From contig JBQTGV010000093.1 of the NCBI GenBank assembly GCA_052390515.1, positions 1 to 46,260 on the forward strand: 46,260 nt of DNA, given 5' to 3'. Numbering within the stretch: position 1 is the first letter of the stretch; each line of letters begins with the position of its first letter. This DNA comes from Candidatus Eiseniibacteriota bacterium (GTDB lineage Bacteria > ARS69). Both the position numbers and the translations under genes were made by a program. Shown piece after piece: positions 16,700 through 27,800 of this stretch. The notes beneath the pieces were generated by a model, which ran no database searches, was not told the origin of the DNA, and saw nothing but the letters and a program-made list of their open reading frames with translations.

Positions 16700-18604
16700 T
16701 CACTTCACCAGCACCGTCTTCCCCGAGAGCGTGGCGCGGACCGTTCCCGTCTGCGGATCGGCGAGCCGCACGCGGTAGAGATACACGCCCGCGGCGCGGC
16801 CCCGCCCGTCGAAGAGAACCTGCCGCACCCCCGGCCCCTGCACACCCAGCGCGCGGCTGTCGACCAGCCGTCCGCCGACGTCGAAGAAGTCCAACAGCAC
16901 TTGGCTGGGTTCGGGCAGCGAGTACTCGACGCCGGGAAGCGTCGAAGGACTCGAGAACGGCCGGGCGAACGCGTACGCGCCGGCGGCGGCGTCGGCCGCG
17001 AACGGATCCACGCCGATGGCGGTGGTGGGCGCGAGATAGGCCCACACCGGGCAGCACTCACCCTCGTACTGGCGGAACCACCATGTGCGCGTGCCGTAGC
17101 TGTCCGTCGTGGGGATGAACGAGTCACCATCGAGGTGATTCACGCCCAGGAAGAGGGAGCCGTCGCCGAGACCCGACGGATAGCCGAACCCGGTGAGGTC
17201 CAGCGCCAGCTCGGCGGTGTATCCCTGGTCGGGAACCGTCCCCAGCGTGTCCACCGTCGTGCCGCTCTTGAGCGCCAGCGCCACGAGCGCGTCCCCCGAG
17301 ACGACGTAGGACGGCAGCTCGTCCTGCGCGTCCGCCGCCCCGGCTTGGCTAACCCGGAAGCTGAGTCGATGCGTCAGCAGCTGGTGATCGAGCGCACCGC
17401 GCACCACGCGATCGGTCAACGTGATGAGGAAGCCGTCCCAGCGGTCGAAGGACGGATGGAATTGCACGACCCGGTCGCTGACGTCGAACGCCATGTACAG
17501 CCAGTCGCCGATGAAAGTCATCTTCACGGTCGCGTCGGCGGGGTCGGCCACGAACGCGGTGGCCATGTTGAGCGGCGGCTGGAACTGGCCGGAGCGGAAG
17601 GGACCGTCGCCCGGGTACGAGGCGCGAAGCGCGGCGTCGTCCCAGCGGATGTCGAACGTGTAGACGTCGGGGTTGCTCCAGATGGCGTCGGCCAGGGAGC
17701 CGTTGATCGTCGGCGGTGGATCCGTGACCTCCGGAATGACGAGCTCGGCGCCCACGATCGGGACCATCCCGGAGTTCACCGTGACGTCGGGCCGCGCGTG
17801 GATCTTGACCTCGTGGTACCACCCGACGTTGCCCCAGGGCGACTGGAACCACACCCGGTCGGTGTGAAACTTGAGTCCGGCGCCGAAGGGCCAGAACCAG
17901 TCGCAGTCGTAGATCTGAATGTTCCATTCCACGATGTCCCCGCCGGGCTGGGTGACGTCGTAGCCCATGGGCGTCAGATTGAAACGCATCTCCACCGTGT
18001 AACCCTGGTCGATGACGGAGTCGTCGTTGGACAGACCCTGGACGACCGTCACCGCGTCCCAGTTCGCGATCTGCGTGGAGTCGCGAGGCGAGCCGGGGGG
18101 CGACGTCGCCCACTTGCCGATGAAGCTCGGCGCCTGGCCGGGCACCTGCGGATCCGGCGTGGTCTCGTACCACCAGGAGTAGAAGTACTCCGCGGGGGGT
18201 TTCGGGAACGTCGTGTCCGCGTGGTCCTTGATCGCCATGAGGAATCCGTCGAAGCGGTTGAACAGCTCCGAGCCTCCCACCGACGAGTCACGGACCGTTG
18301 CGCCGAGGTACAGCTGATTTCCGTGCACCAGGAACTTGAGCGTGGTGTCCGTGGAGTCGGTGCCGACGAACAGCCCTGCCTCGACCTTGTACCCGCTGCC
18401 GGGGATGCCGGCGTCGATCCCGTAGCGCACGTTCACCGACTCCGCCTTCGCCCAGGAGGATTCGTTGAGTACTCCGTCGAGCGTGATCGGCGCGGATGCG
18501 AAGCGTGCCCAGACGACGTCTTCGCGCGCCGGTGCGGCGAACGAGGGCCCCACCCCGGTGATGAGCGCGCCGAGCAGCAGCGCGCCGGCGACTGGCAGTC
18601 TCAT
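16700..18604 (-). CDS. Secreted protein with tandem CBM9/DOMON-like domains and FlgD/CTD
   Basis: ATG 18604 overlaps LacI stop (ATGA); signal peptide; repeated 'ITLDGVLNESSW' / 'TINGSLADAIW' and 'DQGYT.E'; CTD 'DVGGRLV...AAGVYLYRV...GKTVLVK'. Confidence 0.7.
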   Translation of the reverse strand: MRLPVAGALLLGALITGVGPSFAAPAREDVVWARFASAPITLDGVLNESSWAKAESVNVRYGIDAGIPGSGYKVEAGLFVGTDSTDTTLKFLVHGNQLYLGATVRDSSVGGSELFNRFDGFLMAIKDHADTTFPKPPAEYFYSWWYETTPDPQVPGQAPSFIGKWATSPPGSPRDSTQIANWDAVTVVQGLSNDDSVIDQGYTVEMRFNLTPMGYDVTQPGGDIVEWNIQIYDCDWFWPFGAGLKFHTDRVWFQSPWGNVGWYHEVKIHARPDVTVNSGMVPIVGAELVIPEVTDPPPTINGSLADAIWSNPDVYTFDIRWDDAALRASYPGDGPFRSGQFQPPLNMATAFVADPADATVKMTFIGDWLYMAFDVSDRVVQFHPSFDRWDGFLITLTDRVVRGALDHQLLTHRLSFRVSQAGAADAQDELPSYVVSGDALVALALKSGTTVDTLGTVPDQGYTAELALDLTGFGYPSGLGDGSLFLGVNHLDGDSFIPTTDSYGTRTWWFRQYEGECCPVWAYLAPTTAIGVDPFAADAAAGAYAFARPFSSPSTLPGVEYSLPEPSQVLLDFFDVGGRLVDSRALGVQGPGVRQVLFDGRGRAAGVYLYRVRLADPQTGTVRATLSGKTVLVK

Positions 18605-19617
18605 GGCAACGGCCCTCCCCTCGGCGCCACCCGGGCGCCGCAAGATTCCCGCACGACGAGCCGCGCGGGCAGGACTTCGCGGCCCGCCGGCATGCTCTTG
18701 CCGCGGGACACGAGCAACTGGACGGCACGAGCGCCCATCTGCTGGGCGTCGACGTGTACGCTGGTGAGTGGCGGGTTCATGTAGCGGGCGATGCGGATGT
18801 CGTCGAAACCTGCCAGGGCGACGTCGTCGGGCACCTTCACGCCGAGCCCGGGGAGCGCCCCCAGGAAGCCGATGGCCATGCAGTCGTTCGCGGCGAAGAC
18901 CGCGGTGGGCTGCGGCTTCACCGAGAGGATCGCCGGGGCGACGCGGTAGCCCGAGAACTCCGAGAAGTCGCCGGCGAACTCCAGGCGTCGCGTCGACTCG
19001 ATTCCGGCGTCCTCCAGTGCGCGGCGCCATCCCAGCAGCCGCTCCTCGGCGTCGACGTTGCCGATCGGCCCGCGCAGGATGGCGATGCGCCGGTGGCCAA
19101 GCCGGATCAGGTGCTCGACGACCGCATATGCGCCCTCGAAGTTCGCCACCGAGATCGCGCTGCATCCGTCGACGTCGAAGCGCGGGCTGAGCAGGACCAT
19201 GTCGAAGCCGCGGGCGATGCGCCGGATCGCGTCGGCGGAGCCGTGGTCCGGCGCCATCACGATCAGCCCGTCGATGCGGCCGCGCATCGAACGTGCGGCG
19301 GCCAGGACGGTGTCCGTGTCGGCGTGGGACGACGACAGCAGCGTCTTGAGTCCCTCGGCGCGCGCCGCGAGATCGATCCCGTGGATGACCTCGGAGAAGA
19401 ACTCGCCGTAGAGATCGGGGAGCAGGACGCCGACGGCGTGCGTGAGCTTCGTCGTCAGGGTGCGGGCGGCGATGTTCGGCCAGTACTCCAGCCGGTCGGC
19501 GGCGGCGAGCACCCTTCGTCGCGTGCGCTCGCTGACTCGCGGGCCGCCGTTCAGGGCGCGCGACACCGTGGCGGTGGAGACTCCCGCTTCGCTCGCCACG
19601 TCACGGATGGTCGCCAA
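18601..19617 (-). CDS. LacI-family transcriptional regulator
   Basis: 'TIRDVASEAGVSTATVSRALN' HTH; 'VPDDVALAGFDD', 'PPLTSV', 'LVVRESCG'; TTG start. Confidence 0.95.
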   Translation of the reverse strand: MATIRDVASEAGVSTATVSRALNGGPRVSERTRRRVLAAADRLEYWPNIAARTLTTKLTHAVGVLLPDLYGEFFSEVIHGIDLAARAEGLKTLLSSSHADTDTVLAAARSMRGRIDGLIVMAPDHGSADAIRRIARGFDMVLLSPRFDVDGCSAISVANFEGAYAVVEHLIRLGHRRIAILRGPIGNVDAEERLLGWRRALEDAGIESTRRLEFAGDFSEFSGYRVAPAILSVKPQPTAVFAANDCMAIGFLGALPGLGVKVPDDVALAGFDDIRIARYMNPPLTSVHVDAQQMGARAVQLLVSRGKSMPAGREVLPARLVVRESCGARVAPRGGPLP

Positions 19618-19697
19618 GGCAGTGCCCTCTCACGAGCCCGGGAAACCCCGCCTGCCGACACCCGCCGCGCGCAACCTCCCCGGGCCCTGGGCCCTGT

Positions 19698-19726
19698 GCA
19701 ACCGGTTGCGCTGCGTAAACGTTTAC
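19698..19726. promoter_or_regulatory. Tandem LacI-type operator palindromes
   Basis: Perfect 12-bp palindromes GCAACCGGTTGC (19698-19709) and GTAAACGTTTAC (19715-19726), both CG-centred, in the divergent lacI/GH94 intergenic region. Confidence 0.7.
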
Positions 19727-19922
19727 ACTGCTTTGGCACCCGACTTCAAGTGCGGCCCCCTTTTTTGACGCAGCCCGCCCCTGACCGCGTCGGCCTGCGC
19801 GGACCGTGCTGCCTCCGCCCAGCGGGCGCTCCGCCCGGGTAGTGGGTCAAATGACCCACTACCTCCGGCCGCGGCTCCTTGAGAGGCGCGACGCGCCGTG
19901 CTAGGTTGCCCCGGGCTATCGC

Positions 19923-22900
19923 ATGCACGACCCCGACGACGCCTCGAAGGCCCCTGTCCCGGAACCAATCCTCACCTCGGACTCCCCGGTCCGTGTCCTC
20001 TCGAACAGCGGCTACACCACGGTTCTCGGGCCAACCGGGACCGGATGGTCTGCCGCCGGTGGCAGGACGCTGACCCGATGGCGAGCCGACCCGGTGCAGG
20101 ATGCGGACGGGTTCTTCGTCTGGGTCCGAGACGTCGAGAGCGGGAATCTCGTCCGAGCGGGGACTTCGAGCGACGGCTGGGCGCCCGGACGGTGGGTGTC
20201 GACCTCGAACCTGGACGGGCTCGAGCTCCGCCTGGAGATCTGCGTCGCACCGGACTGGCCGGCCGAGATCCGCCGCCTCACGATGCGCAACGGCTCTCCG
20301 CGCTCCCGAACCGTCCAGGTCGCGGCGGTGGCCGAGGTGGTCCTCGACGACGCCTCGGCCTTCGCCGCTCATCCGGTGTTCTCCAAGCTGTTCCTGGAGA
20401 CGGAGCTCGTCCGGGAACGCCGGGCGATCCTCGTGCGGCGGCGGCCGAGAGCCGCCGGGGAGCCCCACCCCTGGCTCGTGCACGCCGTCCTCGGCGAGGG
20501 GAGCTTCGAGCACGAGACCGACCGGGCGAAGCTGTGGGCGCCGACGGGCAGGCGCATCGGCGCGCCGAGCGCCCGGACGGCCCGCGGCGCCCCTCGTTCG
20601 ATCGCTCGGGGAACGCCGCTCTCCGGCACATCGGGCGTCGTGGTCGACCCGGCGATCTGCCTGAGACGCACCGTCGTCGTCGAGACAGGGGCCGAATCCG
20701 CGGTGACCTTCCTCCTGGGGGTCGCGGCGGCGCGGGACGCGGCGCTCGACCTCGTCCAGGCCTTCGAGGCGGAAGGCGCGGTGGAGCGGGCGTTCCGGGA
20801 CGCCGAGTCCGCCGAGCAGACCTCGCTCGGGCGCGCCGGCCCCGGCGAGGCCGACGCCGGCGCGCTCGAGGTGCTCGCCCGCACGGAGCCGCCTGCCCCC
20901 ACGGCGACGCCGCGCCCGCACGTGTCGCGGGGCGAGCCGGAGCCGCCCGCGGAGGCCCTCGCGTTCTTCAACGGCTGCGGCGGCTTCAGCGCCTCCGGCG
21001 ACGAGTACGTCGTTCGCCCCGCATCGACCGAGGACGGCCTGCTCCTGCCGCCGCGATCCTGGACCAACGTCGTCGCCAACGAGGACTTCGGCTTCCTCGT
21101 CAGCGAGACCGGCGCGGGTTGCACGTGGAGCGGCAACAGCCGCGAGCACCGCATCACGCCGTGGTGCAACGACCCGCTGCTCGATCCGCACGTCGAGGCT
21201 CTCTATGTTCGCGACGAGGAGACCGGCGAGGCCTGGTCTCTCTTCCCGGGACCGCGTCCCTCCGGGGGACGCTACGAGGTCCGTCACGGGTTCGGCACCA
21301 CGCGCGCGCTCCACCGGCTCGGCGAGCTGGAGACCGAGACGACTCTCTTCGTGCCGGTCGACGCGCCGGTCAAGGTCTCCCTGGTCGAGCTGCACAACTC
21401 CGGGGAGCGGCCGCTCCGGCTCGCGCTCTTCGCCTACCATCAGCTCGTGCTCGCGGCGGTCCCGGAGCCGGGGCGCAAGACGATCGTGACCTCGCTCGAC
21501 GGGGAGTCCGGCGCGCTCTTCGCCGGGAACACCGTCGCCGGCGTCGACCGGGTGGCGTTCGCCGCGGTGGTTCCGGCGGAGCACGTGCGGCGCGTCACGT
21601 TCACCACCGAGCGCCGGTCGTTCCTCGGCTCGGGAGGCAGCCCGTCCGACCCCATCGCGCTGCGCGGCGAGGACGAGCTCGATGGTCGCAGCGGCGCCTG
21701 CCTCGATCCGTGCTTCGCCCTGCAGGCTGTCGTCGAGGTGCCGCCGCGGGGTACGACCACGGTCTCGTTCCTGCTCGGCGAAGCCGCGGGCGGCCCGCGA
21801 GGCGAAGCGTCCGGCGCGGAGAGAGCACGAGCGATGATCGCGCGGTTCGCCGAGCCCGGTGCGGCTCGGCGCGCGCTCGCGGAGACTCGCGCGGCCTGGG
21901 AGACGCGCGTCGGCGCGCTGCGCGTCCGCACCCCGATGCCTTCTCTCGACGTGATGGTGAACGGCTGGCTGCCTTACCAGACGCTGGCCTGCCGTCTCTG
22001 GGGGCGGACGGCCACGTACCAGTCCGGCGGAGCCTTCGGGTTCCGCGACCAACTGCAGGACGCCTGCGCGTTCGTGAGCACGTGGCCCGAGCTCACGCGC
22101 GCACAGCTCCTGCTGCACGCCGCGCACCAGTTCGTCGAGGGCGACGTGCTGCACTGGTGGCATCCGCCGGACGGGCGCGGCATCCGCACGCGCTTCGCCG
22201 ACGATCTGCTGTGGCTTCCGTGGGCCGCCGCCCTCTATGCCCGGGTCACCGGCGACGCCGCCGTTCTCGACGAACCCGCGCGTTTCCTGCGCGCCCGCGA
22301 GCTTCGCCCCGGCGAGGACGAGGCGTTCCTCCGACCCGAGGACAGCGGCACTTCGGCGAGCCTGTGGGAGCACTGCTGTCGCGCCGTCGACCGCAGCCTG
22401 GCGCGCGGCGTCCACGGCCTGCCGCTCTTCGGCACCGGCGACTGGAACGACGGCATGAACCGCGTCGGCCGTGAAGGCAAGGGCGAGAGCGTGTGGATGG
22501 GCTTCTTCCTCTTCGCCATCCTCGGCGACATGGCCGATCTCGCGGATCAGCGCGGCGACGCCGCTAGGGCGCGCGGCTGGCGTGAGCACCGCGAGACTCT
22601 TCGCGGAGCGCTGAACGCCGACGGCTGGGACGGCGATTGGTACCGCCGCGGCTGGTACGACGACGGCTCGCCGCTCGGGTCCCGGCAGAGCGATGAGTGC
22701 CGCATCGACGCGCTCGCGCAGGCCTGGGCGGTGCTGTCCGGGGCGGCGCCGGCGGAGCGCGCGGTCCGGGCGCTGGACGCGGTCGAGCGGCATCTCGTTT
22801 CCGAGAGCGACGGGCTGATCCGCCTGCTCACCCCGGCGTTCCGCAACACGCCGAAGGATCCCGGCTACATCAAGGGCTACGTGCCGGGAATCCGCGAGAA

Positions 22901-23438
22901 CGGTGGACAGTACACGCACGCCGCGCTGTGGGTCGTCGCCGCGATGGCCGAGCTGCGGCGACACGACCGCGTGGCGAAGCTGCTGGACATGATCGGCCCG
23001 GTGCACCGCAGTGCCACGCCCGAGCAGGTGGCGAGGTACCAGGTGGAGCCGTACGTCGTGACCGCGGACATCTACGGCGAGGCTCCGCACGTCGGCCGCG
23101 GCGGCTGGACCTGGTACACCGGCTCCGCCGGATGGATGCACCGCGTCGCCGTGGAGTGGCTGCTGGGAATGCGCCTCGACGGCGGCCGGGAGCTCGTGCT
23201 GGATCCCTGCGTACCCGACGAGTGGCCGGAGTTCGAGATCTCCTGGCGCGTCCCGGGCGGCGACACGCGCTACGAGATCCGCGTCGTCAATCCGTCGCGG
23301 AGGGCGCGTGCCGTGGTCTCGGCGACGCTGGACGGCGTGGCGCTCTCCGTGGACGGGCGCGCCGCGCGCATTCCGATCCGGCGCGACGGCCGAGTCCACC
23401 GCGTCGAGGCCGTGCTCGGCGACGGCGCCGCGGCGTGA
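19923..23438 (+). CDS. GH94 glycoside phosphorylase resembling the C-terminal part of cyclic beta-1,2-glucan synthase (Cgs/NdvB)
   Basis: 'VLSNSGY...LTRWRADP', 'FFNGCGGFS', 'NSREHRITPW.NDP', 'YQSGGAFGFRDQLQD', 'GTGDWNDGMN', 'GIRENGGQYTHAA', 'GRGGWTWYTGSAGW'; no TM or GT84 region. Confidence 0.9.
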   Translation: MHDPDDASKAPVPEPILTSDSPVRVLSNSGYTTVLGPTGTGWSAAGGRTLTRWRADPVQDADGFFVWVRDVESGNLVRAGTSSDGWAPGRWVSTSNLDGLELRLEICVAPDWPAEIRRLTMRNGSPRSRTVQVAAVAEVVLDDASAFAAHPVFSKLFLETELVRERRAILVRRRPRAAGEPHPWLVHAVLGEGSFEHETDRAKLWAPTGRRIGAPSARTARGAPRSIARGTPLSGTSGVVVDPAICLRRTVVVETGAESAVTFLLGVAAARDAALDLVQAFEAEGAVERAFRDAESAEQTSLGRAGPGEADAGALEVLARTEPPAPTATPRPHVSRGEPEPPAEALAFFNGCGGFSASGDEYVVRPASTEDGLLLPPRSWTNVVANEDFGFLVSETGAGCTWSGNSREHRITPWCNDPLLDPHVEALYVRDEETGEAWSLFPGPRPSGGRYEVRHGFGTTRALHRLGELETETTLFVPVDAPVKVSLVELHNSGERPLRLALFAYHQLVLAAVPEPGRKTIVTSLDGESGALFAGNTVAGVDRVAFAAVVPAEHVRRVTFTTERRSFLGSGGSPSDPIALRGEDELDGRSGACLDPCFALQAVVEVPPRGTTTVSFLLGEAAGGPRGEASGAERARAMIARFAEPGAARRALAETRAAWETRVGALRVRTPMPSLDVMVNGWLPYQTLACRLWGRTATYQSGGAFGFRDQLQDACAFVSTWPELTRAQLLLHAAHQFVEGDVLHWWHPPDGRGIRTRFADDLLWLPWAAALYARVTGDAAVLDEPARFLRARELRPGEDEAFLRPEDSGTSASLWEHCCRAVDRSLARGVHGLPLFGTGDWNDGMNRVGREGKGESVWMGFFLFAILGDMADLADQRGDAARARGWREHRETLRGALNADGWDGDWYRRGWYDDGSPLGSRQSDECRIDALAQAWAVLSGAAPAERAVRALDAVERHLVSESDGLIRLLTPAFRNTPKDPGYIKGYVPGIRENGGQYTHAALWVVAAMAELRRHDRVAKLLDMIGPVHRSATPEQVARYQVEPYVVTADIYGEAPHVGRGGWTWYTGSAGWMHRVAVEWLLGMRLDGGRELVLDPCVPDEWPEFEISWRVPGGDTRYEIRVVNPSRRARAVVSATLDGVALSVDGRAARIPIRRDGRVHRVEAVLGDGAAA

Positions 23439-24799
23439 GCGCTTCGCCGACGTTTCCCGAGGGCTTCCTGTGGGGCGCGGCGACTTCCGCGTATCAGATC
23501 GAGGGATCGCCTCTGGCCGACGGCGCCGGCCCGAGCAACTGGCACCGCTTCACCCACACGCCCGGGCGAACGCGCTCGGGCGAGACCGGCGACGTGGCCT
23601 GCGACCACTACCGCCGCTTCGCCGACGACGTGCGCCTCATGCAGGAGCTGGGGCTCCGCGCGTACCGCTTCAGCATCTCCTGGAGCCGGGTGATGCCGGA
23701 GGGACGCGGAGCGATCAACGCGAAGGGGCTCGCCTTCTACTCGCGGCTCGTCGACGAGCTGCTCTCCCGGGGCATCCGGCCCTGCGCGACGCTCTTCCAC
23801 TGGGACTGGCCCGCCGCGCTGGACGACGACGGCGGCTGGCTGAATCCGGAGAGCCCGAAGTGGTTCGCCGACTACGCGCGCGTCGTGTTCCGCGCGCTGG
23901 CCGACCGCGTACCGATGTGGATGACCATCAACGAGCCGTGGGTGGTCGTCGACGCGGGCTTCCTGCACGGCGTGCACGCGCCAGGCCGTCGGAGCGCGGC
24001 CGAGGCGAGGGTGGCCGCGCATCACCTGCTGCTCGCTCACGGCGAGGCGGTGCGCGCCTGCCGCGCCGAGTCGGACGGCGCCGTGGGGCTCGTCGTGAAC
24101 CTCGAGCCCAAGTACCCGGCCTCGGAGTCGGCGGAGGACGCCGCCGCGACGGCGCAGGCGGACGCGTACATGAACCGGCAGTTCCTCGATCCGGTCCTGC
24201 TCGGGAGGTACCCCGAGGAGCTCCGCGAGATCTGGGGCGATGCCTGGCGCGTCCCGCCGGCCGCCGACCTTCGCATGATCGCGGAGCCGATCGACTTCTT
24301 GGGGATCAACTACTACACGCGCGGGGTCGTCCGCCGGGACGACGCGACACCACTGCTGCGCGCGCGGTCGGTGCCGCCGCCCGCCGACCGCGTCATGGAG
24401 ACCGGGTGGGAGGTGCATCCGGAGAGCCTCACGCGGGTGCTCCGCTGGGTGAAGGAGCGGTACGGGAACGTCCCGCTCTACGTCACCGAGAACGGCGCGG
24501 CCTTCGCCGATCCGCCGGTGGCCGAGGGCGGGCGCGTGCCCGATCCGCGGCGCGTCGAGTACTTGCGCTCGCATCTCCGCGCGGCGGCTGCGGCCATCGA
24601 GGCCGGCGTCGATCTTCGCGGCTACTTCGTGTGGTCGTTGCTCGACAACTTCGAGTGGGCCGAGGGCTTCGCGATCCGCTTCGGCATCGTGCACGTCGAC
24701 TTCGCCACACAGCGGCGCACGCTCAAGGACAGCGCGCTGTTCTACCGGGACGTCGTCGCGACGAACGGGGCGGCGCTGACCGAGCGGGCGGCGCGATGA
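23435..24799 (+). CDS. GH1 beta-glucosidase
   Basis: GTG 23435 overlaps GH94 stop; 'FLWGAATSAYQIEG', 'YRFSISWSR', 'TINEP', 'YVTENG', 'WSLLDNFEW'. Confidence 0.95.
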   Translation: MSASPTFPEGFLWGAATSAYQIEGSPLADGAGPSNWHRFTHTPGRTRSGETGDVACDHYRRFADDVRLMQELGLRAYRFSISWSRVMPEGRGAINAKGLAFYSRLVDELLSRGIRPCATLFHWDWPAALDDDGGWLNPESPKWFADYARVVFRALADRVPMWMTINEPWVVVDAGFLHGVHAPGRRSAAEARVAAHHLLLAHGEAVRACRAESDGAVGLVVNLEPKYPASESAEDAAATAQADAYMNRQFLDPVLLGRYPEELREIWGDAWRVPPAADLRMIAEPIDFLGINYYTRGVVRRDDATPLLRARSVPPPADRVMETGWEVHPESLTRVLRWVKERYGNVPLYVTENGAAFADPPVAEGGRVPDPRRVEYLRSHLRAAAAAIEAGVDLRGYFVWSLLDNFEWAEGFAIRFGIVHVDFATQRRTLKDSALFYRDVVATNGAALTERAAR

Positions 24800-24836
24800 A
24801 CGTTACGCGAGGTAGGGTTTGCGGTGCGAGAGCCGC

Positions 24837-27800
24837 TCAGTGGGCGAAAACGACGACGGCAGGCAGGCCCCGCACGACGACATCGCCGCTCGCGGTGCGC
24901 TCGGCCGGCCTGCCGTTCACCGTCGCGCGACGGACTGCCGGGTCCAGCGGCAGGCTCAGCACGAGTCCGCCGGGCGGAACCGTGATCTCGCCGCTGATCT
25001 GCACCACGACCGCTTCGCTCTCATCCAGGCTCATCGTGAAGTCCAGCGCTCCCCAACGTGTGCGCAGTCCGGTGACGCGCACGCCGGGCGGGTCCAACCA
25101 CGACGACGGCACGCCCGCGCCCAGCACCAGCGCCTGATCGTCCTCGCGCTCGTACGCGAGCATGTCGAGCACCGAGCGCAGAAAGTCCGAGCCCACCCAG
25201 CCGTGCGGGAGATCGCCGAGGAATCGCGGGGAGCGCAGGTCGCGCCAAACGACCTCCGGCCACTGCCGCCACGGCGCCGGCCGCTGGTCGTCGAGGAAGA
25301 ACTCGAGCAGCTCGGCCGCCCGGTCACGCCAGCCGAGACGCACGAACGCGCCGACGTGGCGCAGCTCGTACGGCGTGTACGCCTCCCAGGGCTCGCCGGC
25401 GCGCCGTTCGCCGAAGTACTCCCAGTAGCGCTCGAACGTGCGGCGAAGGGCCTCCTCGGGGAGGACACGAGCAGCACCGGTGGGCGAGAGCGCGATCGTC
25501 GTCGACGTCGCGTCGAAGTCGCCGAGGTCCGCGCAGCCGGGGACGTAGTCGATGCCGTGCTTCGCCATCGCGGCGCGCACCGACGCGGCGAGGTCTGCGG
25601 CGAACTCGTCGCGGATGGCGGCCAGCCGATCGCGCTCGGCCTCGTTCCCGACCTCCCCGGCGAGGAAGACCGCGTCGTCGAAGCCGCGCAGCGCGAAGAA
25701 GTCGTCCCAGTACGAGTGCATCGGCTTCGCGCTGTACCCCTCGTGGCTGATGGACGGCGGCAGGATGCCGAAGAACTCCGCCTTCTCCGGAGCGCGGTAC
25801 TCGTCGGTGCGCCGCTCGCGGCGCAGCCGGTCCAGGTAGTCCGCCGCGGAGAGCACCCGCGGCCACATCGCGTCGAGGAGCGGCCGATCCCGCCCGTGCC
25901 TCCAGATCTCGGCCACGAGGAAGATGAACTCCCCGCTCGAGTCGTGCTCGGGCACCGGATCCGCGCCGCGCCGGTCCACCACGCACGGGATCTTGCCGTC
26001 TGCGTACTGGTGCGGCGCGTACCACTCGAGGAAATCCCGCGCCGGGTCCGCGTGCCCGAGACGCAGCAGGGCCGAGCAGGTGAGGGAACCGTCCCGGATC
26101 CAGGAGCGCGCGTAGGACCGCGTGCCCGGCTGGATCGCCGCGCCGGCCCGGTTCACCAGGATCCAGCCGAGCTGCGCGCGGATCGACTCGGCGATGCGTC
26201 CCGCGGCGGAGGGCAGCTCGATCCGCACGCGGTCCACTCGCGAGGACCATGCCGCGCGCGAGGCGGCGAGCTGCTCCTCGAACCAGCACGCCGCACCCTC
26301 TGGCGGGAGAGGCGGCTCCGCCGCCGCACCCGAGAGCGGCAACCGCACGACCACGTCCGCGCGGCCGCCCGCGGGCAGCTCGCGCGCGAAGGAGAACGCG
26401 CCGGACGCCGCGCCGAACGGATCCTCGACGGACGCCTCGCCCGGGAGAGCTCCGCGCTCCAGGTGCTCGGCCACGACGTCGCCGGCGGCGAAAGTCGACG
26501 CGCCCCACCGCGTCGGGGTGGTCAGGCTGACGAGCTTGCGCTCGCCGTTCACCGATACAACGCGTCCGTCGCGGGAGAGCTGCTCGATGCGCGCCGCCCC
26601 TCCCTGCAGGTTCAGCGCCTGCGACGGAGGGTTCACCTGGAACGGCCGCACCGCGAGATGCAGCGTGACGTTCGCGGCCTCCCGCCCGGTGTTGCGCAGC
26701 GTGTAGCGCACGGCGGCCTGTGACGCGCCCGGCTCGCCCGTGGCCACCGCGGTGATCACGAGATCGACGCCCCCGCCTCGCCACGTCACCGACGGAACGG
26801 GCAGCGCGCCGTCCAGCAGGGACTGCTCCACCGCGACGTCCGCCCAGGTCACGAGCGTCTCTCCCCTCTCCAGGAACGGCTCGACCGAGAACCCACTCGG
26901 TCCGCTCTCCAGCGCGCCGTCCTCGCCGAGCAGCGCTTCGTGCGTGTCGCGGTCGAGGCCCACGACTGTCCAGTACGGCTGTTCGCCTCGGATGCCGCGC
27001 GGGTAGAGGCCGCGCCGGGCGCCGCCGGCCACCTGCTCGAAGAACGCTTCCCGAGAGCTGGACCACGCGAGCGGCTTCACGGCGAAGGCGGCGAGCTCGG
27101 CGCCGCCGGCCCCCGCGGGCGAGACCACCCGCACCCGCACGTGCCGCGACTCCGACTCGGGCAGGAAGAGCCAGTCGCGTCCGCCGTTGGCGCCCGTGAC
27201 GCGGCTCAGCTCGTCCCACGCCTCGCCGTCCGCGGACCCTTCCACGACGTAGTCCGCTGCGTGCCGGCCTTCCACCCAGTCGAGCACGAGCGCGCCCCAC
27301 TCGCGGGCGGTGCCGAGGTCGGCCGCGAACAGGCGCTCGCCGGTCGACTCGCCGGTCCGCCAGGCGAACGACTCGCCCTCGGTCACCGGCGCGACCTCCG
27401 GCAACTCCACGAGCTCGAGCTCGTCCACCCAGATGGTGCCCTCGCCGCCCTGCCCGGCGGTGACGGCCAGCTCGATCGCCGCGATGCCGCTCGGCTCGCC
27501 GCCGCCGCGCGGCCCCCAGGCGAAGGTCACGTGGCGCTTCCTGATCGTGACGGTGTCCCATTCGCGAGGGAACGCGAAGTCGCGCTGCACCGACCACCAC
27601 ACGTTCTCACCGCTCGCGTCGACGAGCTTGAACTCCAGGTGGTTCGGCGCGCACTCCCCGCGGACGCGGAAGCGGAACGCCCAGTTCCGGGGGAGCGTGA
27701 CGGGAGCATCCCGCCGCGCGATCGCCCATCCGCCGCCGGCGAAGCGGAAGTCCAGACGCAGACACTGCCCGCGGGAGCCCGGCTCCGAGGAGAGCTTCAT

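Noticed and set aside
19752-19767. GCGGCCCCCTTTTTTG considered as an intrinsic terminator
   Set aside because: No stem precedes the T-run, and it lies between divergent genes; more likely an A-tract promoter element.
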